Source: an uncultured Flavobacteriaceae bacterium (GTDB taxonomy: Bacteria; Pseudomonadota; Alphaproteobacteria; Micropepsales; Micropepsaceae). From it: DNA of 64,000 bases. How positions within the stretch are numbered: position 1 is the stretch's first letter; each line of letters begins with the position of its first letter. The stretch lies in the NCBI GenBank assembly GCA_964646885.1, contig CAZYFM010000002.1:10720-74719 (forward strand). Reading direction: 5' to 3'. The notes under the pieces are model-generated. The model saw only the letters and a program-made list of their open reading frames with translations, was not told where the DNA came from and did no database searches. The translations under genes were made by a program, and so were the position numbers. This document shows, one piece after another, positions 29,434-38,495 of the stretch.

Positions 29434-30152
29434 AGGGCTTCGGTCTCGGCTGCAAACACGTACCCGCCGCCCCAGACCGTCTTGATGATCTGCGGGCACT
29501 TTGGCTGGACCTCAAGCTTGCGCCGTAGGCGCATGATCGCATTGTCGATGGACCGGTCGTAGGGGAGCGCATCCCGGCCGCTCGTGAGGCCAAGCAGGTC
29601 CTCGCGCTTGAGAATGACCTTTGGGCGCTCCACGAAAACGGACAGAAGGGCGAATTCACCCGCGGACAGCGCCACGCCCACACCGCGCTCGTCAAAGAGC
29701 TCCCGCCTGACACTGTCAAGGATCCAGCGGTCAAACCTGATGCGGGGCATCGGCCTGGCTTTCAGGCGCGGCGGCAGCGCCTCGACGCGCCGCAGGATGG
29801 CGCCAATGCGGGCGACAAGTTCGCGAGGGTTGAAGGGTTTCACCATGTAGTCGTCGCCACCCAGCTCAATCCCCACGATTCGGTCGATGTCATCGGCCTT
29901 TGCCGTGAGGAAAAGTACGGGCAGGTCATGGCTGTCACGCAGATGCCGGCACAGGGACAGTCCGTCCTCGCCAGGCATCATGACGTCGAGCACGGCAAGA
30001 TCGAAGGTCTTGGAGCGCAGAAGCTTGCGCGCAGCCGCTCCACCATCGGCTCCCGTCGCCCGAAGGCCGTTCTTCTGGAGATATCGAATGAGGGGTTCAC
30101 GCACATCGCGTGCGTCATCCACCACAAGCACATGCGGAGAGTTGTCTGTCAT
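29430..30152 (-). CDS. OmpR-family response regulator
   Basis: ATG at 30152 (MTDNSPHVLVVDDARDV). Phospho-acceptor context DLAVLDVMMPGEDG, then LTAKADD, and a winged-helix C-terminus ending TVWGGGYVF. Confidence 0.92.
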   Translation of the reverse strand: MTDNSPHVLVVDDARDVREPLIRYLQKNGLRATGADGGAAARKLLRSKTFDLAVLDVMMPGEDGLSLCRHLRDSHDLPVLFLTAKADDIDRIVGIELGGDDYMVKPFNPRELVARIGAILRRVEALPPRLKARPMPRIRFDRWILDSVRRELFDERGVGVALSAGEFALLSVFVERPKVILKREDLLGLTSGRDALPYDRSIDNAIMRLRRKLEVQPKCPQIIKTVWGGGYVFAAETEAL

Positions 30153-30365
30153 GCGGGAAATAAGAATGGAAGGAACTGCTGTCGGACAGGGGCACGATTG
30201 TAACAAATTATGTCAACAAAGAGGCTTGCGACCTCGAATGACAAACTCTCTTGAAAACTGCCACATCAATGCACCACTCGACACGCACCGTCCTCTTCGC
30301 GGCCTGAAACACGGCTGGCTCAGGAGTTCAATCTCGAACCCGACCAACACAGGAAGAACAAGCGA

Positions 30366-30926
30366 ATGAACAACATGGTATGGACCGGTGTCATTGCAGG
30401 CACGATCGCCGTCGGTGCAGCGGCTGTTGCCTTCGGATATACGACAATCGTGGACGCTGCCTCTCCGGGCAGCGTAACGGCACGAAGCTCTGCCGGCAGC
30501 GAAGCGCGAATGATTCGCTACGACACCGACAAGGATGGTCGAGTGTCCCGCCCCGAGCTCGACGGTGCGCTTGCGCAGGAGTTTCGTGGCGTTGACACCA
30601 ATGGGGACGGGCGCCTCGATGCGGCGGAGATCCAGCGTCATGTGGAGGCGCGTCGGGCGGACCGGACTGCAAAGATGGAGGCCTGGCGCGCCAAGGCGAA
30701 GGCACAGGGACTGGATCCGCGCAAGCCTCCCTTCGACGTCAGCGAACGGGACAACGTGGACACCCTGCGCTATGGCGACTGGAACATGGATGGTGCCATC
30801 ACACCCGACGAATTCGGCGGCCGCGCACGCTCCCAGTTCATGCGCGCGGACAGGAATGGGGATGGCCTGATTACACCCGATGAAATGCAGCGGCGACCGA
30901 ACAATCGCGGCGCGAATTCCGCGTGA
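30366..30926 (+). CDS. EF-hand calcium-binding protein with an N-terminal hydrophobic anchor or signal
   Basis: Four canonical 12-residue EF loops: DTDKDGRVSRPE, DTNGDGRLDAAE, DWNMDGAITPDE and DRNGDGLITPDE. N-terminus VWTGVIAGTIAVGAAAVAF. Confidence 0.85.
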   Translation: MNNMVWTGVIAGTIAVGAAAVAFGYTTIVDAASPGSVTARSSAGSEARMIRYDTDKDGRVSRPELDGALAQEFRGVDTNGDGRLDAAEIQRHVEARRADRTAKMEAWRAKAKAQGLDPRKPPFDVSERDNVDTLRYGDWNMDGAITPDEFGGRARSQFMRADRNGDGLITPDEMQRRPNNRGANSA

Positions 30927-31110
30927 CGCTTCCACCAGCAGTCACGCATGGCCGAGCGTACGGGAAACACTTGCGGGCATTCCCTTCCCGCAAGAAATCC
31001 CTGCGCTCGGCATCATCTCGAAACACCTGATGCAAAACCCGATTCAGGGTGAAACCAGGCGGACGCGCACACCGCGCAAGCGAACCGGTTGCTTATCGTG
31101 TCACTCTTTT

Positions 31111-31140
31111 GCCCGGCTCCCGGGCTTCGGGAATTTTTTT
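31111..31140 (+). terminator. intrinsic terminator
   Basis: GCCCGG ctc CCGGGC, or alternatively TCCCG ggctt CGGGA, followed by AATTTTTTT (7 T, 31134-31140). It lies about 190 nt downstream of the EF-hand gene stop. Confidence 0.6.
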
Positions 31141-31962
31141 CACTTTCGGTGACATGTTGGAGGTGACAAGGCAGAAGAACTTTGCCAAGAGTGCATGCGT
31201 ATTGCAGTGCACGCCCTGATGTGTGCATCGCAGCCTCGAGCACTGGTTATGTAAGGCGCGACCCCGCAGAGGTGCCGCGCAGGAACAACCGGCTGGAGAA
31301 AGTTGGAACTGGTAGTTGAGAAGTGACAGGTCCCAAGCGTGCCTTGCTGATAATGACCATGCAGGCGTCCAGTCTGGACCCTGTGACCATCAAGGCAAGC
31401 AAACCGGGGGCCGGGAGTGGATCGTTAACGAAGTGAGGGTGGCCGCCGCAAAATCACGCGGGTAAGGCCAAAACCGCTGAGAAAGAGCTGAAAAAACTGC
31501 GGGCTCCTAGTGGTTCGGATAAATCGGATATCGCTGGTGACGTAATCCGGCCGAAAACACACTAGAGAGCCCGCGCCCCCCGCTTGTGGCGCGCGTTCGA
31601 TGCGCCGTGGCGGTTAGTCGGTCACTTGGCGGCATCCCCACACCGGTCAAGTGAACCAACGCCCCATGATTTTGGCTTTTCACCCCAAAAGATCAACGCA
31701 CCGTCCAGCAATTCGCGTTTTGCGTGTCAGAATCGCAACCCAGTTATGGTGAGTAGCCTCCCTCCGCATACCTGCTATTGGGGGTACAAATCACACGAAC
31801 GCGCTGTTCTATAAGGTGGGTTCTTGCTGCCACACCTGCTGCCCCATCAGGGGGCCCCAGTGCACCCCGCATCCACGAACCGGCAGCAAACAACAGAGTT
31901 CGCCGTGCATGCGCTGCCCGGGCTTGATACACGGCTGATTGCGACTGATTTGCGAGGACGTG

Positions 31963-32754
31963 ATGCTCGAATACCTGATGCAGCTGGCAGCCGACCCGGC
32001 AGCCTGGGCCGCCCTTCTGACCCTGATCGTCATGGAAGTCGTGCTCGGGATCGACAATCTGATCTTCATTTCGATCCTGACCAACAAGCTGCCCGAGGCC
32101 GAGCGGGAGCGCGCTCGCAGGATTGGCATCGGTCTGGCGCTGGCGATGCGCCTCACGCTGCTTGGCACCATCGCAATCATCGTGCAGCTGACGGAACCCG
32201 TCATCGAACTGTTTGGGCACGGCTTGTCGTGGCGCGACCTCATTCTCGTGGCGGGTGGCCTGTTCCTCGTATGGAAGGCCACCAAGGAGATCCATCACAA
32301 TGTCGATCCGGAACCGCATCCGGGCATGTTCGACAAACGCGCCGTCTCTCTCGGCTTCTCGGCCGCGATCGTCCAGATTCTCATTCTCGACCTGGTCTTC
32401 TCGGTCGACAGCATCATCACGGCAGTCGGCATGACCGAGCACGTGCCGATCATGGTCGTGGCCGTGGTCGTCACCGTACTGGTGATGCTGCTCGCCGCGA
32501 CGCCGCTCGCGAACTTCATCCATGCCAATCCCACCATCGTGATGCTGGCCCTGGCGTTCCTCCTCATGATTGGCACGGCACTCATCGCCGAAGGTCTCGG
32601 CGTGCACGTTCCCAAGGGCTACATCTATGCGGCCATGGCGTTCTCGGCATCGGTGGAAGCACTCAACATGCTTGCACGCAACCGGGCGAGACGCAGGGCC
32701 CAGGCCCTCGCTGCAGGCGGCACCACCGTCGACGCAGCGACGAAACCGCACTGA
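31963..32754 (+). CDS. TerC family integral membrane protein
   Basis: ATG at 31963 is preceded by [43 protein letters not shown] and a second [15 protein letters not shown] repeat are typical of TerC/YoaE-type proteins. The track start at 31939 is TTG. Confidence 0.88.
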   Translation: MLEYLMQLAADPAAWAALLTLIVMEVVLGIDNLIFISILTNKLPEAERERARRIGIGLALAMRLTLLGTIAIIVQLTEPVIELFGHGLSWRDLILVAGGLFLVWKATKEIHHNVDPEPHPGMFDKRAVSLGFSAAIVQILILDLVFSVDSIITAVGMTEHVPIMVVAVVVTVLVMLLAATPLANFIHANPTIVMLALAFLLMIGTALIAEGLGVHVPKGYIYAAMAFSASVEALNMLARNRARRRAQALAAGGTTVDAATKPH

Positions 32755-32905
32755 AAGCGCGATCCGGAACCGGACCCGCGCGCGGATATGAGGCACGGCG
32801 CACCGCGCCGTGCTATAAGGGACACCGCAAGGCACAGATTACTGGGCCGCTCGCGGTCGACCATGGTCGAACCCGCGCCGTGCCACTGGACCGGGAGGCC
32901 ACACC

Positions 32906-33358
32906 ATGTCCGATGACAAGAAGCCCGCAGACATCCTCAGTGAACTCGCGAATGTACCCTTTCCGAATGCGGCCTATCTCGACGCAATGAAGCGGGTGAT
33001 CGGCGTGCAGCGTCAGATGCTGGATGGTTTTCAGTCAAACCTCGACCGGTGGTTCGAGCGCCGCCGGGAAGGTGCGGAGGCGGCTATGACGATGCTGAAC
33101 GAACTGAACAGCAGCGCGGACGCAGAAAAGCGCGCCGACGCATGGCAGCGTTGGGCGTCCGGCGCCATGGCGCGCATCATGGAAGACGTTCAGACACAGT
33201 ATGACCTGATGTCGAAGATCACGTCCCAGCTGGCCGAAACAGGCGAGGTGATGACACCGCCCGCAGAAGGGCCCCAACCCGAAAGGGGCAAGAGCCCGAC
33301 GCGCCCTCCCGCCTCCCGGAGCGCCCGCACCACAGGTCGCCCGCCCAGGACCAAATAG
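32906..33358 (+). CDS. hypothetical protein, possibly phasin-like, with a Pro/Arg-rich tail
   Basis: ATG follows GGGAGG. The helical core (QRQMLDGFQSNLDRWFERRREG...WQRWASGAMARIMEDVQTQYD) loosely resembles phasin-family proteins. The functional call is weak. Confidence 0.5.
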   Translation: MSDDKKPADILSELANVPFPNAAYLDAMKRVIGVQRQMLDGFQSNLDRWFERRREGAEAAMTMLNELNSSADAEKRADAWQRWASGAMARIMEDVQTQYDLMSKITSQLAETGEVMTPPAEGPQPERGKSPTRPPASRSARTTGRPPRTK

Positions 33359-33512
33359 AACCCTCGGCGCATGTTGCGCTGCACACAAGGCAATGGCAGG
33401 AAGGATCGGCGCTTCCTTTACGCATTGCACACCCTCTTGCCATCTCGCCGGCGACAAGCGCGACCAGCTGTGTCAGGCTTTTCCAATGCATGGTTGGGCA
33501 AGGGAGAAAAAC

Positions 33513-33719
33513 ATGTCGTACACGGAGCTTGTCGCCCTCGGACCGGAACTCTGCAGGGAAGCAGTCCGCGCGGGAAGAGGCGTGAACGAATCCCATCTGC
33601 TCGTTCATCACGTGTTTTCGGACGTACTCCGCGAGGACCTGCTGAACCTCTCGTCAGATGAGCTCCGGGAGCAACTGACACGACGGCTGCGCGAGCGCAT
33701 GCGCCGCCGGCTATCCTGA
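33513..33719 (+). CDS. small hypothetical protein (68 aa)
   Basis: ATG at 33513 is preceded by AGGGAGAAAAAC. Arg-rich C-terminus. No recognisable domain. Confidence 0.4.
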   Translation: MSYTELVALGPELCREAVRAGRGVNESHLLVHHVFSDVLREDLLNLSSDELREQLTRRLRERMRRRLS

Positions 33720-33720
33720 C

Positions 33721-34284
33721 CTAGCCCGAAGGACACTCCGCTCCTGAACGGATCCAGGCCTCCGCAGCTTCCCTGAACTTTGCATGAGTAACTGGCGGCA
33801 GGGACCGCTTGGGACCCGGAGACCACGCCCAGAGGACCAGCGGGTCTCCCTTCAGATGCTCGATGACTTTTGCTGCCGTCCGGCCACCATTGCGGGCCGG
33901 ATCCAGCAAAGCCTTGCAAAGCGCTGCCGGGCTGAGCCCGGTCCAACCCATTGAAAGCGGAGCCATGTGCCAGTCCTTGGCGCCAGGCACGTTTCCGGTG
34001 GACTGGTTCGTCTCCTGATGGCACGTCGTGCACTTCATTCCGGGAGGGCCCTTGCCATCGGGCCCTCGCAGAACGTTGAACGTGTGTTTGTGCTGGTCAT
34101 CGCCCTGCGTCGGCCACGCGACCGTGGTGTGGCAGTTCATGCAGCGCGGATGCGTCGCAACGCTGTACACCACCCGGAATGCTGCAACAGAAGGCGTATC
34201 GGCCTTTTGTGCTGTTGCGGGCCCGAGATGAAGGGCGCCCGCAAGACAGGCAACGGCCACCCCCGCAGCGATCACCAGCCTCAT
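33721..34284 (-). CDS. dihaem c-type cytochrome subunit of the Mo-oxidoreductase
   Basis: Signal peptide plus two CXXCH motifs (CMNCH, CTTCH). It is the last gene of the iorA/iorB-like operon. Confidence 0.75.
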   Translation of the reverse strand: MRLVIAAGVAVACLAGALHLGPATAQKADTPSVAAFRVVYSVATHPRCMNCHTTVAWPTQGDDQHKHTFNVLRGPDGKGPPGMKCTTCHQETNQSTGNVPGAKDWHMAPLSMGWTGLSPAALCKALLDPARNGGRTAAKVIEHLKGDPLVLWAWSPGPKRSLPPVTHAKFREAAEAWIRSGAECPSG

Positions 34285-34294
34285 GCGCGCCTCC

Positions 34295-36496
34295 CTAGGT
34301 CACGTTGAGCGGCGTCGCGCGGAACGGCAACTCCCGCACCCGCTTGCCGGTCAGCGCGAAAATGGCATTTCCGACTGCCGCCGAAATCGGCGCTGTTCCC
34401 GGTTCACCCGCGCCGCCTGTCCGCGCGCCGGATTCGATAACGCGGACCTCATGCTCGGGAGCATCCGCCATGCGCACCATGTCGTAGTCCGGGAAGTTCT
34501 GCTGGACCACGCGCCCCTTGTCGATCGTGATGTTGCCGTAGAGCGCCGCTGTCAGGCCGTAGATCGCACCACCCTGGATCTGGGCCGTGAATGTCGCCGG
34601 ATTGATCACCTCGCCAGGGTCCACGGCACTCCAGACCTTGTGCACGCGCGGATGCCCTTCGGCTGTCACGGAGACCTCTGCAACCTGGGCGACGATGGTG
34701 CCGAAAGCGTCCCGGATCGAGATGCCCCGCGCCCGCCCCGCAGGGAGCGGTTGCCCCCAGCCGGACATGGACGCTGCAAGCTCAAGCACGGCCTTGTGGC
34801 GAGGAGCGCCTTCGAGATGCGTTCGACGGAACTCGAACGGATCCTTGCCGGCGGCATGTGCCACTTCATCCATGAAGGACTCGATGAAAAACCCATGCTG
34901 GGTATGGTCGACGCTGCGCCACGGCCCCCACGGAATGGGATTGACCTTGTCAACATAGCGGACGGCCTGGTTCGGGATGTCATAGTTCACCCAGACGGCC
35001 TCCGGCGGATCATACTTGTCCGTGAATGTGTGCAGCCACGCCGTGATGCGGCCGTTTTCGTCCAGCGCGGCCTTCAACCGGGCCACGGACGCATGACGAT
35101 AGTAGTCCTGCGTCATGTCTTCTTCGCGTGACCAGACGACCTGCACGGGGCCATCCACCTGTTTTGCAATCGCAATCGTCTTGATGAGGTAGTCAACCGT
35201 GTTCCCGCGCCGTCCGAACCCGCCACCCATCGCAGTGTGGTTCAGCGTGATGCTGTCGACCGGCAGGCCTGACGCCTTCGACGCCGCCACCTTCGCACCG
35301 AGACCGTCCTGGAACCCGCCCCAGATTTCAAGCTTTCCATCCTTGAAATGCGCCGTGCAATTCATGACCTCCATGGTCGCATGCGCGAGGAACGGAACCC
35401 GGTAAGACGCCTCGACCAACTTCTTTGCGCCCTTCAGGGCAGCGTCGGCATCACCGCGCGAAGTGTCCTCGGTGAACTTGCCGCCGTCGAGCGCCGCATT
35501 CATCGCGGCATAGATTTTTTCCGAATTCAGGGCCGCGCCGGTACCTTCGTCCCAGACCGGGGCAAGCGCCGCCAGGGCTTCCTTGGCACGCCAGGTGTTG
35601 TCGGCAACCACCGCAACCGCGTCTTCGATCTTCACGACTTGGCTGACACCACGCATCTGCAATGCAGGTTTCTCGTCCACCGACTTCAGCTTGCCGCCAA
35701 AGACCGGCGAAGACGCGATCACCGCGTACTTCATGCCGGGAACGCGCAGGTCCACCCCATAACGTGCGGAACCATTGACCTTCGCCGGAATGTCGAAGCG
35801 GTGGATGGGTTTGCCCACGATCGAGTAGTTCTTCTTGTCCTTCAGCGGCACGTCCGCCGGAACGCTGACGGTTGCCGCTTCAGAGGCAATGGCGCCATAG
35901 GTCATCGTACGACCGGTCGGCTTGTGCGTCAGGACGCTGTTCCGTGCTTCGACGGTATCCTCACCAACGTTCCATTTTTGAGCAGCCGCCTTCACGAGCA
36001 TCGCACGGGCGGCAGCGCCCGTGCGCCGCATGCCGTCAACCCCGGTGAAACGGACCGAGGTACTGCCACCGGTGATCTGCAGGTTCATGAACTCGGAGAT
36101 CTTCCGGAAGCCGAAGTCCGCCGTGCCACTGAGCCACGACGGGATCGACGCGTCCCCGCGCAGGTATCCGCGCGCAAGCCCCGCATTCGCAAAGGCCATG
36201 TCCGCTGGCGCCTGTTCCATGCGGACCAGCGACCAGTCAGCATCCAGTTCCTCGGCAAGCATCATGGGAAGGGACGTATGGACACCCTGCCCCATCTCTG
36301 AATGCGGGACGATGACCGTTACCGTGTTGTCAGGCGCAATCCGCACCCAGGCGGCCAGCATGGCCTCGCCTTTCGATGCCAGCCCGCGTGCACGCTCCAG
36401 CGTGCTGTAGGGCAACAGCCCATACCCGATGGCAAGGCCGCCGCCAGCCGCAGCAACGCCACCAAAAATCATCAGTCTGCGCGTGATTTTTCCCAT
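34295..36496 (-). CDS. molybdopterin-binding oxidoreductase large subunit (IorB / aldehyde oxidase-xanthine dehydrogenase family)
   Basis: Tat-like N-terminus KITRRLMIFGGVAAAGGG. 733 aa with family-typical blocks (GGSTSV, GGGFGRR). AGGAGG SD upstream. Confidence 0.88.
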   Translation of the reverse strand: MGKITRRLMIFGGVAAAGGGLAIGYGLLPYSTLERARGLASKGEAMLAAWVRIAPDNTVTVIVPHSEMGQGVHTSLPMMLAEELDADWSLVRMEQAPADMAFANAGLARGYLRGDASIPSWLSGTADFGFRKISEFMNLQITGGSTSVRFTGVDGMRRTGAAARAMLVKAAAQKWNVGEDTVEARNSVLTHKPTGRTMTYGAIASEAATVSVPADVPLKDKKNYSIVGKPIHRFDIPAKVNGSARYGVDLRVPGMKYAVIASSPVFGGKLKSVDEKPALQMRGVSQVVKIEDAVAVVADNTWRAKEALAALAPVWDEGTGAALNSEKIYAAMNAALDGGKFTEDTSRGDADAALKGAKKLVEASYRVPFLAHATMEVMNCTAHFKDGKLEIWGGFQDGLGAKVAASKASGLPVDSITLNHTAMGGGFGRRGNTVDYLIKTIAIAKQVDGPVQVVWSREEDMTQDYYRHASVARLKAALDENGRITAWLHTFTDKYDPPEAVWVNYDIPNQAVRYVDKVNPIPWGPWRSVDHTQHGFFIESFMDEVAHAAGKDPFEFRRTHLEGAPRHKAVLELAASMSGWGQPLPAGRARGISIRDAFGTIVAQVAEVSVTAEGHPRVHKVWSAVDPGEVINPATFTAQIQGGAIYGLTAALYGNITIDKGRVVQQNFPDYDMVRMADAPEHEVRVIESGARTGGAGEPGTAPISAAVGNAIFALTGKRVRELPFRATPLNVT

Positions 36497-36505
36497 GGCA
36501 GCCTC

Positions 36506-36955
36506 CTAAGCCTTTGCAGCGGCGTGAATGGCCGCACGGATCTGCGAGTACGCCCCGCATCGGCAGATGTTCGTCATCGCCGCATCGATCTCCTCGTCTG
36601 TCGGCTGAGGTTTTTCCTTGAGCAGCGCGACGGCCGTCATGATCTGGCCCGATTGGCAATAGCCGCATTGCGGCGCCTGGGCCTCGATCCATGCCTGCTG
36701 CACCTTGTGCAGCGTGTCACCCTCGGCCAGGCCTTCGATCGTCGTGATCTGCTTGCCTTGCGCAAGCGCGGCCGGGAACGAACAGCTGCGAACCGCAGCG
36801 CCATCCACCAGCACCGTGCAGGCACCGCACGCCCCAACCCCGCATCCATACTTCGTGCCGGTGAAGTTCAGGATATCCCTGATCACCCAGAGAAGAGGCA
36901 TGCCATCTTCAGCATCGACGGAGTGTGCCGTCCCGTTCACATTGAGCGTAATCAT
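36506..36955 (-). CDS. [2Fe-2S]-binding small subunit (IorA-like)
   Basis: ATG at 36955 ([13 protein letters not shown]). Cys clusters [18 protein letters not shown] and CRCGAY. Confidence 0.9.
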   Translation of the reverse strand: MITLNVNGTAHSVDAEDGMPLLWVIRDILNFTGTKYGCGVGACGACTVLVDGAAVRSCSFPAALAQGKQITTIEGLAEGDTLHKVQQAWIEAQAPQCGYCQSGQIMTAVALLKEKPQPTDEEIDAAMTNICRCGAYSQIRAAIHAAAKA

Positions 36956-37590
36956 TTTCTGGCCCTCCCAGCCACAGCCCTGATCCTGTTTGATGACGTC
37001 GCGCACTCAGCCGGGATCAAGGATCCCCGGCACAGTGCATTGACCATTTGCTCCAGCGCCTGCGCATAGGCGCGCTCTCCCGCCGGTGCATAAGTGACTT
37101 TCACGCCCTTCGCTGCAACGAGCAGCATCGACACGAACTGCCGCTCCGAGAGGCCATCGGCCAGGGAGACGCTGCCATCCTCGACGCTGGCGCGGACAAT
37201 AGACACGAGCATCCGCTGGAACCTGTCGGCATGCGCGGAAACCAGGTCGGAACAGTGCTTCACACTCTCCTCGACGAGCTCGTTCGCAAAGCTGGAGCCT
37301 GCAACGCTCGAAACCATGCTGGCATGATAGGCGCCCAGCACCCGAAAGAGACGAGACGCCAATGGCTGACCGTCAAGGCTCTCTGCAGCTTGCCTGGCTG
37401 CATCAAGCGCGCGCGTCTGCAGCATGTCCACGAGCGCACTGAACAGCAGCTCTTTCGACGGAAAATGATGGTAGATCGCCTGCCGGGACACACCGGCTTC
37501 TTCCGCAACCATTGCCATTGACGTCCGGCGATAGCCATGCCGCGCGAAGACGTGGCGGGACGCTGCCAGAAGGTTGTCCTTGGGATCCAT
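36952..37590 (-). CDS. TetR family transcriptional regulator
   Basis: [30 protein letters not shown]. Its stop overlaps the start of the 2Fe-2S subunit gene (ATGA). Confidence 0.9.
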   Translation of the reverse strand: MDPKDNLLAASRHVFARHGYRRTSMAMVAEEAGVSRQAIYHHFPSKELLFSALVDMLQTRALDAARQAAESLDGQPLASRLFRVLGAYHASMVSSVAGSSFANELVEESVKHCSDLVSAHADRFQRMLVSIVRASVEDGSVSLADGLSERQFVSMLLVAAKGVKVTYAPAGERAYAQALEQMVNALCRGSLIPAECATSSNRIRAVAGRARK

Positions 37591-37597
37591 GGCGACA

Positions 37598-37628
37598 GAT
37601 TTGACAATTCAAGCCGAAATGTCAAATC
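37598..37628. promoter_or_regulatory. inverted repeat, candidate TetR operator
   Basis: Perfect 9-bp arms GATTTGACA (37598-37606) and TGTCAAATC (37620-37628) with a 13-nt spacer, 8 nt upstream of the tetR start codon. Confidence 0.5.
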
Positions 37629-37682
37629 GCGCGACAGGCGAAAACACATGCTCGCTTTCGCGCAACAAACGGCAGGAACCGC

Positions 37683-38384
37683 CTAGTAGATCCACTTCAT
37701 CATGGCGCGCCAGTAATCGGCAATCGCAGTCCACATGCCCTTGCCACCGCCGGCCGCTTCGATCCGTGCGAAGGTTTCATCAATCTTCGGATCAAGCGCA
37801 CGCGCGGTCAGGAAGTCGGAGTCGGCGCCGTCCTGATCACCTGCACGGAACTTCGCGGTCGCCCGTCCATAATGGAAGTCCGCCTTGTTTGGCATCCCCT
37901 CTATGGCGGCGTCATAGTCCAGGATCGATGTCTTGAGGAAGCCGAGACGAAGATAGAGGAAGCCGCGACCACCCAGCGTTTCGGGGTCATTGGGCCTGAG
38001 CCTCAGCGCCTCGTTGCAGTCGGCTAGGGCACCTTCAAGATCAGTATTGAGTACGGCCTTGGCCCAGCATCGTTCATGCAGCGCATCAGGGTCATTCTTT
38101 GAGAGTTCCAGCGCGGCGTTGAAATCGTCGATCGCCTTGCGATAGTCGCTCTGCATGAGGCGTGCGTTACCGCGATAATAATGAAGCTTGGCGAGCTCGG
38201 CTCCCGAATACTTTGCAGACTTGATGATTTCGGTACAGGCCGTCAGTCGCAGGTCACTCCAGATGCCGGGGCCACCCTGGCAGTTGGTCCACGCCCTGGT
38301 CGGCTGCGCGTCCTCCGCCGATGCGGCGACGGCACTTGAGCCCAGGCTCACTGCGAAAAGCAGGAATGCTATGTGCCTCATCAT
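37683..38384 (-). CDS. secreted TPR repeat protein
   Basis: Signal peptide MMRHIAFLLFAVSLGSSAVAASA, followed by TPR-like repeats such as YYRGNARLMQSDYRKAIDDFNAALEL. Confidence 0.8.
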   Translation of the reverse strand: MMRHIAFLLFAVSLGSSAVAASAEDAQPTRAWTNCQGGPGIWSDLRLTACTEIIKSAKYSGAELAKLHYYRGNARLMQSDYRKAIDDFNAALELSKNDPDALHERCWAKAVLNTDLEGALADCNEALRLRPNDPETLGGRGFLYLRLGFLKTSILDYDAAIEGMPNKADFHYGRATAKFRAGDQDGADSDFLTARALDPKIDETFARIEAAGGGKGMWTAIADYWRAMMKWIY

Positions 38385-38495
38385 TCATTCCCCATTTTCC
38401 CGACACCCCGGAGCCAGCCCTGAGGCCATCCAACAGCACTTGACGCCAATCGGCACGCCGCTCAAACAGGGATACGGCTCGAAAGGAAACCTGCC

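Noticed and set aside
31240-31660. Known housekeeping RNAs in the ORF-free region: two-piece tmRNA, RNase P RNA, SRP/4.5S RNA, and a tRNA-like T-arm at GGCGCGCGTTCGATGCGCC (about 31588-31606).
   Set aside because: There is no ANDN-type tag reading frame ending in LAA or VAA. There is no GGAAAGTCCGGGCTCC-type RNase P core and no GGUCAGGUCCGGAAGGAAGCAGCC SRP domain IV. The T-arm-like element would have a 9-nt loop and has no matching acceptor or anticodon arms. A covariance-model scan is still needed for a final answer.
31745-31800. Possible yybP-ykoY (Mn2+) riboswitch upstream of TerC, based on GGTGAGTAGCC ... GCATACC.
   Set aside because: Only two short fragments resemble the conserved L1 (GGGGAGUAG) and CAUAC elements, and they are too close together to accommodate the intervening helices. 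The conserved 3' element (..UUGxCxAGACC) is absent from the whole leader.
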